Below, in pieces: positions 53,699-64,000 of a DNA stretch of 64,000 nt. The DNA comes from Eledone cirrhosa (Eukaryota), in NCBI GenBank assembly GCA_964016885.1, contig OZ024748.1:24738001-24802000 (forward strand), written 5' to 3'. The notes below the pieces were generated by a model. The model made no database searches. It saw only the letters and a program-made list of their open reading frames with translations, and was not told the DNA's origin. Each line of letters starts with the position of its first letter. Positions within the stretch are counted from its first letter, which is position 1. The translations under genes and the position numbers were made by a program.

Positions 53699-54922
53699 AC
53701 AACAACACTAGTGGACTAGTGTTGTCCCTAACGATAGCTGTAGCATTGAGAACATCTATTTCCAGAGTCTAGGATTGATATATCATATATATATCATATG
53801 TGTATGTGACAGCTCACACCTATGGAGGTTTAGCTGTCCTCCTCCAAGGTATATCTCGGTGCAGCTAGTTGCAAAATCCATCATCTTTTCAAATAGCTAA
53901 TAATGTGTGTGGGCGCCACTACTACACACATGTGAAAGAATTTGACAGCCAAGTCTTGAAGAAGGTGCTTTCTCCTCCGTGTGGTGGGTTACCCGGCACC
54001 AGATACCAACCTGGCATTTATACCTGTTGATATAGGTATACCTGTTGATATAGGTCCAGCCCCTGCTGCTTTCCCGGGTCCTGTTTCTGATCATAATGAT
54101 CTCTAGGGATACGGGAAGCAGTAGACAGGACCTGGGGGCAGCGATGGGGGACAGGGAATTCTGGGGCATGAGAGTGAGATCCATCATCTCGACAGTAGTC
54201 GAGGAATGATGATGATGATGATATCTCGCTGGAGGTGTCTTGGGTAATTTAATGATAGGGACTCCAGTCCTATCATCATATATATCAGGATTACCAGATA
54301 TATGAACAATCATACTGTACTTAGTGGTTTATATAAGACAAGTGGATTGTGGATTAGTGCTGTCACTAATGACACTTCTATCTTTTATATCATTTTATAT
54401 TTATCACCATCATCATCATCAATAATCATTATCATCATCATCGTCACTACCATCATCATAACGATCGTCATCTTTACCATAGTCATCATTACCAGTCACC
54501 GTCATCATCATCATTGTCATTGTCATTGTCACCATCGTCATCATCACTCTTGTCACCATCATCATCATCATCACCTCTACTACCATCATCATCACCTCCA
54601 CCACCATCATCATTCTCATTAGGTTGTGTCTACTATGCATCTATCTAATACTATCGAAAGTTAACTACAGACATGTCCATAATGGGAGCTACAGTCACTT
54701 CCATGGTTGTCTATGGTAGGATTTGAACTCACAATACAAAGAGTTAAAACAGATACTGCAAGGCATGTAGTCTAACCCATACCAATACAGAAAATGATGA
54801 TGATGATGCTGATTTTGTTGAAGCTTTAATGATTCTGCCAAATTTGTTACTTTTTTAAATATTTATATAAATATCTTATTTTTTGTTATTATTATTTTTT
54901 CTTGTTTCATTTAAATTTTCAG

Positions 54923-55149
54923 ACAAAGAAGAATTTGAAGCGAAACCAATCTCGTATGAAGTTTATAATTCCTCTAAAATTAGTTACTTATGTCAGTCTG
55001 ACGTAGCAGCACTGACTGAAATATTTCAGGAACTTTCTTGGATCATTAAAACACCATCACAAATAGTATCACTGATTACCAAACTAGATTTTTATAAACG
55101 AATGGACGGACTACTGGAAGCTGTTCCAGCATCACAGGAAACCTTGAAG
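54923..55149 (+). CDS. Dynein HC-like exon 30
   Basis: ttttcag / gtaata; ...SWIIKTPSQIVSLITKLDF... (W....P.Q motif). Confidence 0.87.
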
Positions 55150-55611
55150 GTAATAATTACCTCTGTTCACTGTCTTATTGTTACCTATAGAAGTGGTTGG
55201 TGTTAGGAAGGGCATCTAGCCTTAGAAAGCTTGCCAAACAAAGGGTTGGGAGGATCCTTCAAGTATGTCAAAGACATGACAACCTCCTTAGTGTTGGTGA
55301 TCTACATGATAAAAGTATCCAGTACACACTGCAAATTCACTGATGAAAGGAAGGGCATCCAACCATAGAAAGCTGACCAAACAAAAGGTTAAGAGTACTC
55401 TTTAGTTACAACAAAGACATGACAACCTCTTTAGTGTTGGTGCTATGATAAAATGCACTTGGTGGAGTGTGGGACCGTATATAAATGAAATACAGACCTT
55501 TAGCCTGTCTGAGAGGTCTATAGCCCAGCTGGAGTACTGATTCAGTCTGCGGAGACCCATATAACCCTTACTAGCAGAGAAAATGGACGTTAAATGTTGA
55601 TGATGATTCAC

Positions 55612-58260
55612 ATATTACTACTGTTCCCTGTCCTATTATTACTGTCCCCTGTCCTATCATTACTACTGTCCTCTGTCCTATTACTACTGTCCCCCCTGTC
55701 CTATTACAACTGTCCCCTGTCCTATTACTAATGTCCCCCCTGTGCTATTACAACTGTCCCCTGTCCTATTACAACTATCCACTGTCTCCTATTACTACAA
55801 CTGTCCACTGTCTCCTATTACTACAACTGTCCACTGTCCTATTACTACTGTCCCCCTGTCCTATTACTACTGTCTCCTGTCCTATTATTACTCTCCCATG
55901 TCCTATTACTACTGTCCCATGTCCTATTACTACTGTCCCCTGTCCTATTACTACTGTCCCCCTGTCCTATTATTACTGTCTCCTGTCCTATTACTACTGC
56001 CCCATGTCCTATTACTACTGTCTCCTGTCCTATTACATCTGTCCCCCCTGTCCTATTATAACTGTCCCCTGTCCTATTACTACTGTCTTCCCTGTCCTAT
56101 TACAACTGTCCCCTGTCCTGTTACAACTACCCACTGTCTCCTATCATTACAACTGTCCCCTATCTCAGATTACAACTATTCCCTGTCCTATTACTACTAC
56201 TGTCCATTGTCCTATTATTACTACTGTTTCCTGTCTCCTATCATTACAACTGTCCACTGTCCACTGTCCCCTATCTCAGATTACAACTATTCCCTGTCCT
56301 ATTACTACTACTGTCCATTGTCCTATTATTACTACTGTTTCCTGTCTCCTATCATTACAACTGTCCACTGTCCACTGTCCCCTATCTCAGATTACAACTA
56401 TTCCCTGTCCTATTACTACTACTGTCCATTGTCCTATTATTACTACTGTTTCCTGTCTCCTATCATTACAACTGTCCACTGTCCACTGTCCCCTATCTCA
56501 GATTACAACTATTCCCTGTCCTATTACTACTACTGTCCATTGTCCTATTATTACTACTGTTTCCTGTCTCCTATCATTACAACTGTCCACTGTCCACTGT
56601 CCCCTATCTCAGATTACAACTATTCCCTGTCCTATTACTACTACTGTCCATTGTCCTATTATTACTACTGTTTCCTGTCTCCTATCATTACAACTGTCCA
56701 CTGTCCACTGTCCCCTATCTCAGATTACAACTATTCCCTGTCCTATTACTACTACTGTCCATTGTCCTATTATTACTACTGTTTCCTGTCTCCTATCATT
56801 ACAACTGTCCACTGTCCACTGTCCACTGTCTCAGATTACAACTATTCCCTGTCCTATTACTACTACTGTCCATTGTCCTATTATTACTACTGTTTCCTGT
56901 CTCCTATCATTACAACTGTCCACTGTCCACTGTCCCCTATCTCAGATTACAACTATTCCCTGTCCTATTACTACTACTGTCCATTGTCCTATTATTACTA
57001 CTGTTTCCTGTCTCCTATCATTACAACTGTCCACTGTCCACTGTCCACTGTCTCAGATTACAACTATTCCCTGTCCTATTACTACTACTGTCCATTGTCC
57101 TATTATTACTACTGTTTCCTGTCTCCTATCATTACAACTGTCCACTGTCCACTGTCCCCTATCTCAGATTACAACTATTCCCTGTCCTATTACTACTACT
57201 GTCCATTGTCCTATTATTACTACTGTTTCCTGTCTCCTATCATTACAACTGTCCACTGTCCACTGTCCCCTATCTCAGATTACAACTATTCCCTGTCCTA
57301 TTACTACTACTGTCCATTGTCCTATTATTACTACTGTTTCCTGTCTCCTATCATTACAACTGTCCACTGTCCACTGTCCACTGTCTCAGATTACAACTAT
57401 TCCCTGTCCTATTACTACTACTGTCCATTGTCCTATTATTACTACTGTTTCCTGTCTCCTATCATTACAACTGTCCACTGTCCACTGTCCCCTATCTCAG
57501 ATTACAACTATTCCCTGTCCTATTACTACTACTGTCCATTGTCCTATTATTACTACTGTTTCCTGTCTCCTATCATTACAACTGTCCACTGTCCACTGTC
57601 CCCTATCTCAGATTACAACTATTCCCTGTCCTATTACTACTACTGTCCATTGTCCTATTATTACTACTGTTTCCTGTCTCCTATCATTACAACTGTCCAC
57701 TGTCCACTGTCCACTGTCTCAGATTACAACTATTCCCTGTCCTATTACTACTACTGTCCATTGTCCTATTATTACTACTGTTTCCTGTCTCCTATCATTA
57801 CAACTGTCCACTGTCCACTGTCCCCTATCTCAGATTACAACTATTCCCTGTCCTATTACTACTACTGTCCATTGTCCTATTATTACTACTGTTTCCTGTC
57901 TCCTATCATTACAACTGTCCACTGTCCACTGTCCCCTATCTCAGATTACAACTATTCCCTGTCCTATTACTACTACTGTCCATTGTCCTATTATTACTAC
58001 TGTTTCCTGTCTCCTATCATTACAACTGTCCACTGTCCACTGTCCCCTATCTCAGATTACAACTATTCCCTGTCCTATTACTACTACTGTCCATTGTCCT
58101 ATTATTACTACTGTTTCCTGTCTCCTATCATTACAACTGTCCACTGTCCACTGTCTCCTATCATTACAACTGTCCACTGTCCACTGTCTCCTATCATTAC
58201 AACTGTCCACTGTCCACTGTCTCCTATCATTACAACTGTCCACTGTCCACTGTCTCCTAT
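55612..58260. repeat. Minisatellite: about 20-bp CTGTCCTATTACTA subunits grading into a 111-bp higher-order unit (about 18 copies)
   Basis: 111-bp period (CTATCTCAGA at 56271, 56382, ...); produces the two long spurious ORFs. Confidence 0.97.
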
Positions 58261-58303
58261 TAATTCTCTTAATCCAATTAGACTCCAATTTGGTGTTTTA
58301 CAG

Positions 58304-58394
58304 AATTATGTTTCTGAAATATCTATCAACACGAACAGAGTTTCTAAACTGCTCAGAATTCTGGAAAGGAAGAAAATGACGTGTATAAAATCAG
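58304..58394 (+). CDS. Dynein HC-like exon 31
   Basis: tttacag / gtttgt; NYVSEISINTNRVSKLLRILERKKMTCIKS, phase 0-1. Confidence 0.8.
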
Positions 58395-58606
58395 GTTTGT
58401 TTTTCTTCCTCCTCCTCCTCCTCCTTATCATCCTCACATCCTCCTCCTCTAACCATTACATCAACATCACCACTCTCACCAATGTCTGCTCCTACAATAT
58501 AAATTCCTTTAACTGATGTCATCTGAGGAAGCTAATTAATTCCCTGTAGTTCAGAGTTGTTCCTCATATTTATTAACACATTTGTTGTTGTTGTTGTTGT
58601 TTCCAG

Positions 58607-58848
58607 AACTAGAACCAGTTGTTGGTTCAACAGAAGAAGTCTTTGACCAGACACAGACTGAAGGAATACAGCCTCATATCTACAGTCAACAGATAGCAAA
58701 ACTGAAATGTTTTCTTTTGTGCCAATGTCATTTTAAAGATGTACTTATACAGATATTGGACTCTTTCATTGAACCACAGCATAACTTTTATTGGAAGATT
58801 CAACTAAACTATGTTTTAGACACTGAAGAAAAATCTGTTGAAATTAAA
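58607..58848 (+). CDS. Dynein HC-like exon 32
   Basis: ttccag / gtgag; ...KLKCFLLCQCHFKDVLIQI...NFYWKIQLNYVLD. Confidence 0.92.
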
Positions 58849-58907
58849 GTGAGATTCTTTATTTATAGGGATCATGTTAAAGAAGGGTGCTGTTCTCATA
58901 GTTGTTA

Positions 58908-59085
58908 TTTAACCCTTTCATTACTATATTGCTAATGAAAGACACTGTCTATGTCATTAACCCTTTCATTACCATATTTCTAATGAAAGACACTGTTTAT
59001 GTCATTAACCCTTTCATTACCATATTTATAATGAAAGACACTGTCTATGTCATTAACCCTTTCATTACCATATTTCTAATGAAGA
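58908..59085. repeat. 48-bp tandem repeat (about 3.5 copies) formed from a MITE terminus
   Basis: TAACCCTTTCATTACCATATTTCTAATGAAAGACACTGTCTATGTCAT repeated, then continues into MITE-like body. Confidence 0.85.
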
Positions 59086-59336
59086 CAAATGCTCATGTAT
59101 TTGTTTCAAATAATTTTGAAAATAACCTAGAATTTAGATAGATTTAGTAAAACTAGCATTTAGAAGATAACAAAGTTTCTCACATTAAGCAACTTTGTGA
59201 TGTCAAACAGGGACGATGTTAACTGGTTAGATATAGAGGTTAAGATTATCAATTCTTCCCTTCTCTTTGAAGAAAACCACACTTGAAATTTGTAATAAAT
59301 GTGAACATTTGAAACTATACTAAGGCCACAATATGA

Positions 59337-59663
59337 CATCATCATCATCATCATTTTTACGTACGCTTTTCCCTGCTTGCAAGGGTGGAACGGGAACTGA
59401 TTCTGGCTTGATTTCTACAGCTGGATGCCCTTCCTAACACCAACCTCATTTACAGTGAGTGCTGGGTGCTTTTTTGCCGTGGCACTCCACGACCACTTTG
59501 CAGTGGAATGATAGGGACCCCAGTCCCTATCATCTCATTTCTACAGCTGAGTAAACTGTGAAATAAAGTGCCTTGCTCAAGGAAACAACACATCACCCGG
59601 TCTGAGAATTGAACTCACAACCTTTCGATTGCAAGGCCAATGCTCTAACCCCTAAGCCTCCAT
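59337..59663 (-). mobile_element. SINE family A, antisense copy with small deletions
   Basis: Reverse complement of 45742-46068; (CAT)n at the left end. Confidence 0.9.
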
Positions 59664-59674
59664 AAAAATAAGGA

Positions 59675-59749
59675 AGGGGACGACACCCGGGATTGAACCA
59701 GGGACCTCTCGATCTGCAGTCGAATGCTCTACCACTGAGCTATATCCCC
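59675..59749 (-). tRNA. trnC-GCA: tRNA-Cys(GCA) gene or recent pseudogene (3-nt duplication in the 3' acceptor strand)
   Basis: GGGGATATAGCTCAGTGGTAGAGCATTCGACTGCAGATCGAGAGGTCCCTGGTTCAATCCCGGGTGTCGTCCCCT; anticodon at 59715-59717; T5 terminator-like run just downstream. Confidence 0.88.
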
Positions 59750-59999
59750 AGCGATGATGACAGTTACAGTGATGGTATATAAATATATATGATGTATAAA
59801 TGTATATATTTGACATTATATATAACATACATACATATCATCATCATCATCATTGTTTAACGTTCACTTTCCACGCTAGCATGGGTTAGACGGGTTGTAC
59901 CATTTGAGGCAAGTTGGGTCATGTGACCGTGTCTTGTTCATATAGAACTGTTTCTGGATAGATTCTACAGTTGGATGCCCTTCTTAATGCCAACCCCAT

Positions 60000-60650
60000 T
60001 TACACTGTGTGCTAGATGCTTTTTATCATGCTACCCACATGACCACTTTACAGTGTGGGCTGGGTGGTTTTTATCATGCTACCCACAGGACCACTTTACA
60101 GTGTGGGCTGGGTGGTTTTTATCATGCTACCCACAGGACCACTTTACAGTGTGGGCTGGGTGGTTTTTATCATGCTACCCACAGGACCACTTTACAGTGT
60201 GGGCTGGGTGGTTTTTATCATGCTACCCACAGGACCACTTTACAGTGTGGGCTGGGTGGTTTTTATCATGCTACCCACATGACAACTTTACAGTGTGGGC
60301 TAGGTGGTTTTTATCATGCTACCCACATGACAACTTTACAGTGTGGGCTGGGTGGTTTTTATCATGCTACCCACATGACAACTTTACAGTGTGGGCTAGG
60401 TGGTTTTTATCATGCTACCCACATGACAACTTTACAGTGTGGGCTGGGTGGTTTTTATCATGCTACCCACAGGACCACTTTACAGTGTGGGCTAGGTGGT
60501 TTTTATCATGCTACCCACATGACCACTTTACAGTGTGGGCTGGGTGGTTTTTATCATGCTACCCACATGACCACTTTACAGTGTGGGCTGGGTGGTTTTT
60601 ATCATGCTACCCACATGACCACTTTACAGTGTGGGCTGGGTGGTTTTTAT
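60000..60650. repeat. 48-bp minisatellite (about 13 copies) expanded inside an antisense SINE-A-related tail starting about 59835
   Basis: TTACAGTGTGGGCTGGGTGGTTTTTATCATGCTACCCACA(G/T)GACCACT; upstream GGATGCCCTTCTTAATGCCAACC matches the SINE segment at 59421-59445. Confidence 0.93.
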
Positions 60651-60838
60651 GCCTTGGAGTTTAACTTCTCCGTATAACTAAAACAAAAAAAAAAGATACT
60701 TATGTGTGAGTGTATATATATATATATATAAAGGTTTACATATATATATATATATACATATATACATATACGTGTTTTGCAATGGGTTGCTTTGTGGCTC
60801 AATGAAAAGTTAATAAATTAAATAATCAGAGCTATATA

Positions 60839-61033
60839 TCATAAAACATGTCTATAGAATCACCAGATAAAATATATACCATTTCCTCTCCCAATTAGGC
60901 GTGAAGGGCTGGTTTCGGTTATTTGTTGGAGATTTCTTCATAGAAGCCTTATTTTTATATGGTTAATTATGCTAATTGGGAGAGGAAATGGTATATATAT
61001 TTTATCTGGTGATTCTATAGACATGTTTTATGA
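60839..61033. repeat. Foldback: about 60-bp near-perfect inverted arms with about 73-nt spacer, between (TA)n tracts
   Basis: TCATAAAACATGTCTATAGAATCACCAGATAAAATATATACCATTTCCTCTCCCAATTAG and its reverse complement at 60972-61033. Confidence 0.9.
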
Positions 61034-61261
61034 ATTATATATATATATATATGATATATATATATGTATATATATAATATATATATATGTATATATATAA
61101 TATATATATATGTATATATATATGATATACATATGTATATATATATATATGATATATATGTATATATATATATGATATATATGTATATATATGATATATA
61201 TGTATATATATATATGATATATACATATATATATATATGTCATATATGATATATATTTCAG

Positions 61262-61405
61262 CACCTATACTCAAGTTTCAAATATGGATTTGAATACTTA
61301 GGTACCCTAGAAAGAGAGATGATATTCCCAGTGACAGAAAAATCTTTGATACAATTATTGAGGACTGTAACATCATTTAATGCGGGCCTTTGTATTGGAG
61401 ATCAA
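61262..61405 (+). CDS. Dynein HC-like exon 33 (start of AAA1)
   Basis: tttcag / gtaag; HLYSSFKYGFEYLGTLEREMIFPVTEKSLIQLLRTVTSFNAGLCIGDQ. Confidence 0.93.
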
Positions 61406-62310
61406 GTAAGAATAACATTTTTCAAGTTTAATTAATTTCTGTTATTTTTCATTGAAGCTGAACCCGAATCACATTAGTGTCATTAAATTTGGAGGCCTGT
61501 CAAAGGTTATGAGTAGTGCTGCCTTCTGATTTTATCATCACCACCATTTACTTCACTTTCTATACTAGCATGGGCTGGAAGAGTTTGGCATGGTTTCTAC
61601 ACCTGGATGCCCTTCCTAAAGCCAACCACTTTACAGAATGTACTGAGTGTGTTTTTCATGACCCTAGCACTACCACTTTACAAAATGGATTGGGTACAGT
61701 TTGTCATAGCACCAACACTAGAGAGGTTATATAGTATATCATCATATATATATGGCGTATCATCACATATATATGGCATATCACCATATACATGGCATAT
61801 CACCATATATATATATATATATGGCATATCATCATATATATCTATATGGCATATCACCATATATATTTATATGGCATATCATCATATATATATATGACAA
61901 ATCATCATATATATGGTGGTTGTCTGCTCCTTGCAGAACTATACCTTTTCTTTTACATATAACCACTCTTTATAGTGTGAGATCTTAAATGACTTTTGGC
62001 CCTGAAAGCTGTTTGAAGAGCTGACTACAAATACTACAGCAATGTCTTATTTCAGCATTAGCTCCATTTTTCCACTTGTTTATAATGAATGTTTGAGTGC
62101 CGTTTCAGGTGTTTTGATAAACATGGCATTGAAACACACACACATATACATATGTGTGCTTGTATGTGTGTGCTTGTATGTGTGTGTTTGTGTGTGTGTG
62201 TGTTTGTGTGTGTGTACATATATATATATATGCAAGTCAATTGAAATAAAATCTGAAGGTGTGTGCAAAAATTCCATGTAGTAGCAATATGCAGACATAG
62301 AAACTTGTAT

Positions 62311-62391
62311 AAGTGCCTGAAGATTAGGTCATACTTTTGATCCCTCTTACATTCTGGTCAATATTGGGTCTTGAAATCTTAGGTAGCGCTT
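62311..62391 (+). ncRNA. Hammerhead ribozyme motif with long stem II
   Basis: AAGTGC-CTGAAGA-ttAGGTC...GGTCTt-GAAATCttaGGTA-GCGCTT; GUA triplet ends at 62385. Confidence 0.6.
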
Positions 62392-62435
62392 TTGTTCCGT
62401 GTATGAACATAAACATTATAATACAATATAATATA

Positions 62436-62504
<69 letters not shown>

Positions 62505-62532
62505 GTTTAATCATATATTCTTCTTTGTAAAG

Positions 62533-62662
62533 AATGGTCAAAATATAGAGACTGTCAAAGAACTCAGCTACAGTCTTGGAAAGGCTATATATTTCATGAA
62601 CTGTTCCTCAAGTGTAACAACTAATATTCTACAAGATGTCTTGAAAGGAATGATATTAACAG
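62533..62662 (+). CDS. Dynein HC-like exon 34 (AAA1, degenerate P-loop)
   Basis: gtaaag / gttagt; NGQNIETVKELSYSLGKAIYFMNCSSSVTTNILQDVLKGMILT(G). Confidence 0.92.
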
Positions 62663-63098
62663 GTTAGTTTGCTACTTTTGTAACATAATTTCAAATTTAA
62701 CCTTTTCATACGAAACCATCTGAAACTGTCTTTGATTCTATGATACAAAACTGTTTATTTTAATATTATGTAAATATTAAAACAATGTTTTGGGCTGGAT
62801 GTCCTTCCTGGAACCAGTTTTTTAGTTACATTTTGACATCCAACGAGATTAGTAAAGTATGTTTTTATCTAAATATGAACATTTTTAAAACAAACAGTTT
62901 ATATCCTAGAACCAGCAGGGATCGAGAGGGTTGCTATCAAAAGGTTAGAGAATGATGATGATGATACTGGTGATGATGATGATGGCGATTATAAATATTC
63001 TATTTTAAAACTTATGATTTTTAATCTAATTTCTTTCAGAATATTTCAGAAATTAATTTGGAGACAACATTTCATTGATTTTCATTTTATTTCTCTAG

Positions 63099-63419
63099 GA
63101 TGTTGGTTGTGTATGATGAACATTAATGGTCTGTTGCCTTCCCAGTCGGCACAGCTTGTCAGGGAGACTGCCAAGATAATGGATGCATACAAAAGCGGAC
63201 AATTTATAGTGAAACAAGGAGATAATGAAATAAAACTAATGCCAGGGGGAACAATAATTGCTACATTGTGTTCTACTAATGAGAATAAAAGATATGACCC
63301 AACCAAACTAACGGTCTATCCAGCTTTACTTCCTCCACAGTTAATCCAACATTTTAGACCTGTTGCATGTCTACGTCCTTCTTTTCAAGCTCTACTGGAA
63401 TCATTACTGTATGTTAATG
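63099..63419 (+). CDS. Dynein HC-like exon 35 (AAA1, degenerate Walker B/sensor I)
   Basis: ctctag / gtacgt; CWLCMMNINGL...IIATLCS...LPPQLIQHFRPVACLRPSFQALLESLLYVN(G). Confidence 0.92.
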
Positions 63420-64000
63420 GTACGTTAACTTCTGTTAACAGTTAAACTCTAACAGGAATCATTAATTAACCCTTTGGTCATGCTATACCTACATTCTCTA
63501 TATGTATATAACAAACATGTAAGTGCTATTTTTCTTGCTAAAGGAAGTATCGGCCTTGTGGGTGCCATCACAGGTGACAAGTGTCATACTCATATATGGG
63601 GTTCCTTTTGAGACAATATTTTACATCGAGATGCCATTCCTGGAACCAACTGTTTTATTTACCATTTACAACTCAAGGATACAATGGACCCAATCTAAAT
63701 TACATACATAAAGTATAATTACTCTCTTTATACATATCAATACAGTGTACCCATTCTAAACCAGATGTACCCATTATATGTATATCAAATGAGTATAACT
63801 CCCAATCTATATAAGAAGGAGGGTGAGAGTGTAGAGGTGTGTTTAATAGCTAGTATAAGATGTTTTAGAGGTGATGAATTGGCAGAGTCATTAAGATGTC
63901 GGATAGAATGCTTTATGGTATTCATCCCATATCATTGCGCGATCTGAGTTCAAATCCCACCGAGGTCAACTTTGCCTTTCATCCTTTCGAGGTCGATTAA

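Larger units (their letters stand above)
227..63419 (+). other. Multi-exon gene (partial, continues beyond both window ends): divergent axonemal dynein heavy chain-like protein (DHC_N1 tail, DHC_N2 linker, degenerate AAA1)
   Basis: 35 exons with AG/GT borders and compatible phases give one stop-free frame of about 1,800 aa. Dynein motifs include WQDYLLHIDLIIVNGL, LPVVSCLLNPSLRPRHF, AEKEVSVEKCL, PRFYFLS, FYWKIQLNY, YGFEYLG, FMNCS and HFRPVA. Orthology cannot be assigned by eye. Confidence 0.93.

Noticed and set aside
53945-54016. TTGAAGA-GGTGC...GCACC-GATACCAACC hammerhead-like pattern (similar weak cases near 35505-35545 and 62008-62056)
   Set aside because: Several core positions are mutated; cannot be distinguished from chance without a family consensus
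55731-58516. 882-aa and 924-aa ORFs
   Set aside because: Translations of a 111-bp tandem repeat that lacks stops; only 58304-58394 is a supported exon
59975-60677. 229-aa and 222-aa repetitive ORFs
   Set aside because: 48-bp minisatellite derived from a SINE tail
227-63419. Assigning a symbol such as DNHD1, DNAH9 or DNAH17
   Set aside because: The sequence is too divergent to assign orthology without a phylogeny

Overview
Eukaryotic (animal) genomic DNA. The tRNA-headed SINEs, (CAT/ATG)n-tailed RTE LINEs and dense microsatellites suggest an octopus/cephalopod genome (inference). The whole window is the interior of one + strand gene. I traced 35 GT-AG exons by hand (227..63419, about 5.4 kb, about 1,800 codons, phases consistent at every junction). 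They encode the tail (DHC_N1), linker (DHC_N2) and AAA1 regions of an axonemal-type dynein heavy chain whose AAA1 Walker A, Walker B and sensor-I motifs are all destroyed although the frame stays open. The introns hold a 12.6 kb 37/41-bp satellite with higher-order structure, several minisatellites (some born from TE segments), three SINE groups, RTE/CR1 LINE fragments and TTAA-flanked MITEs. They also hold an antisense tRNA-Cys(GCA) with a 3-nt acceptor-stem duplication and at least four Penelope/retrozyme-type minimal hammerhead ribozyme motifs, three of them sense to the dynein pre-mRNA. Most ORFs in the supplied track are repeat artefacts. All coordinates and alignments were done by eye.
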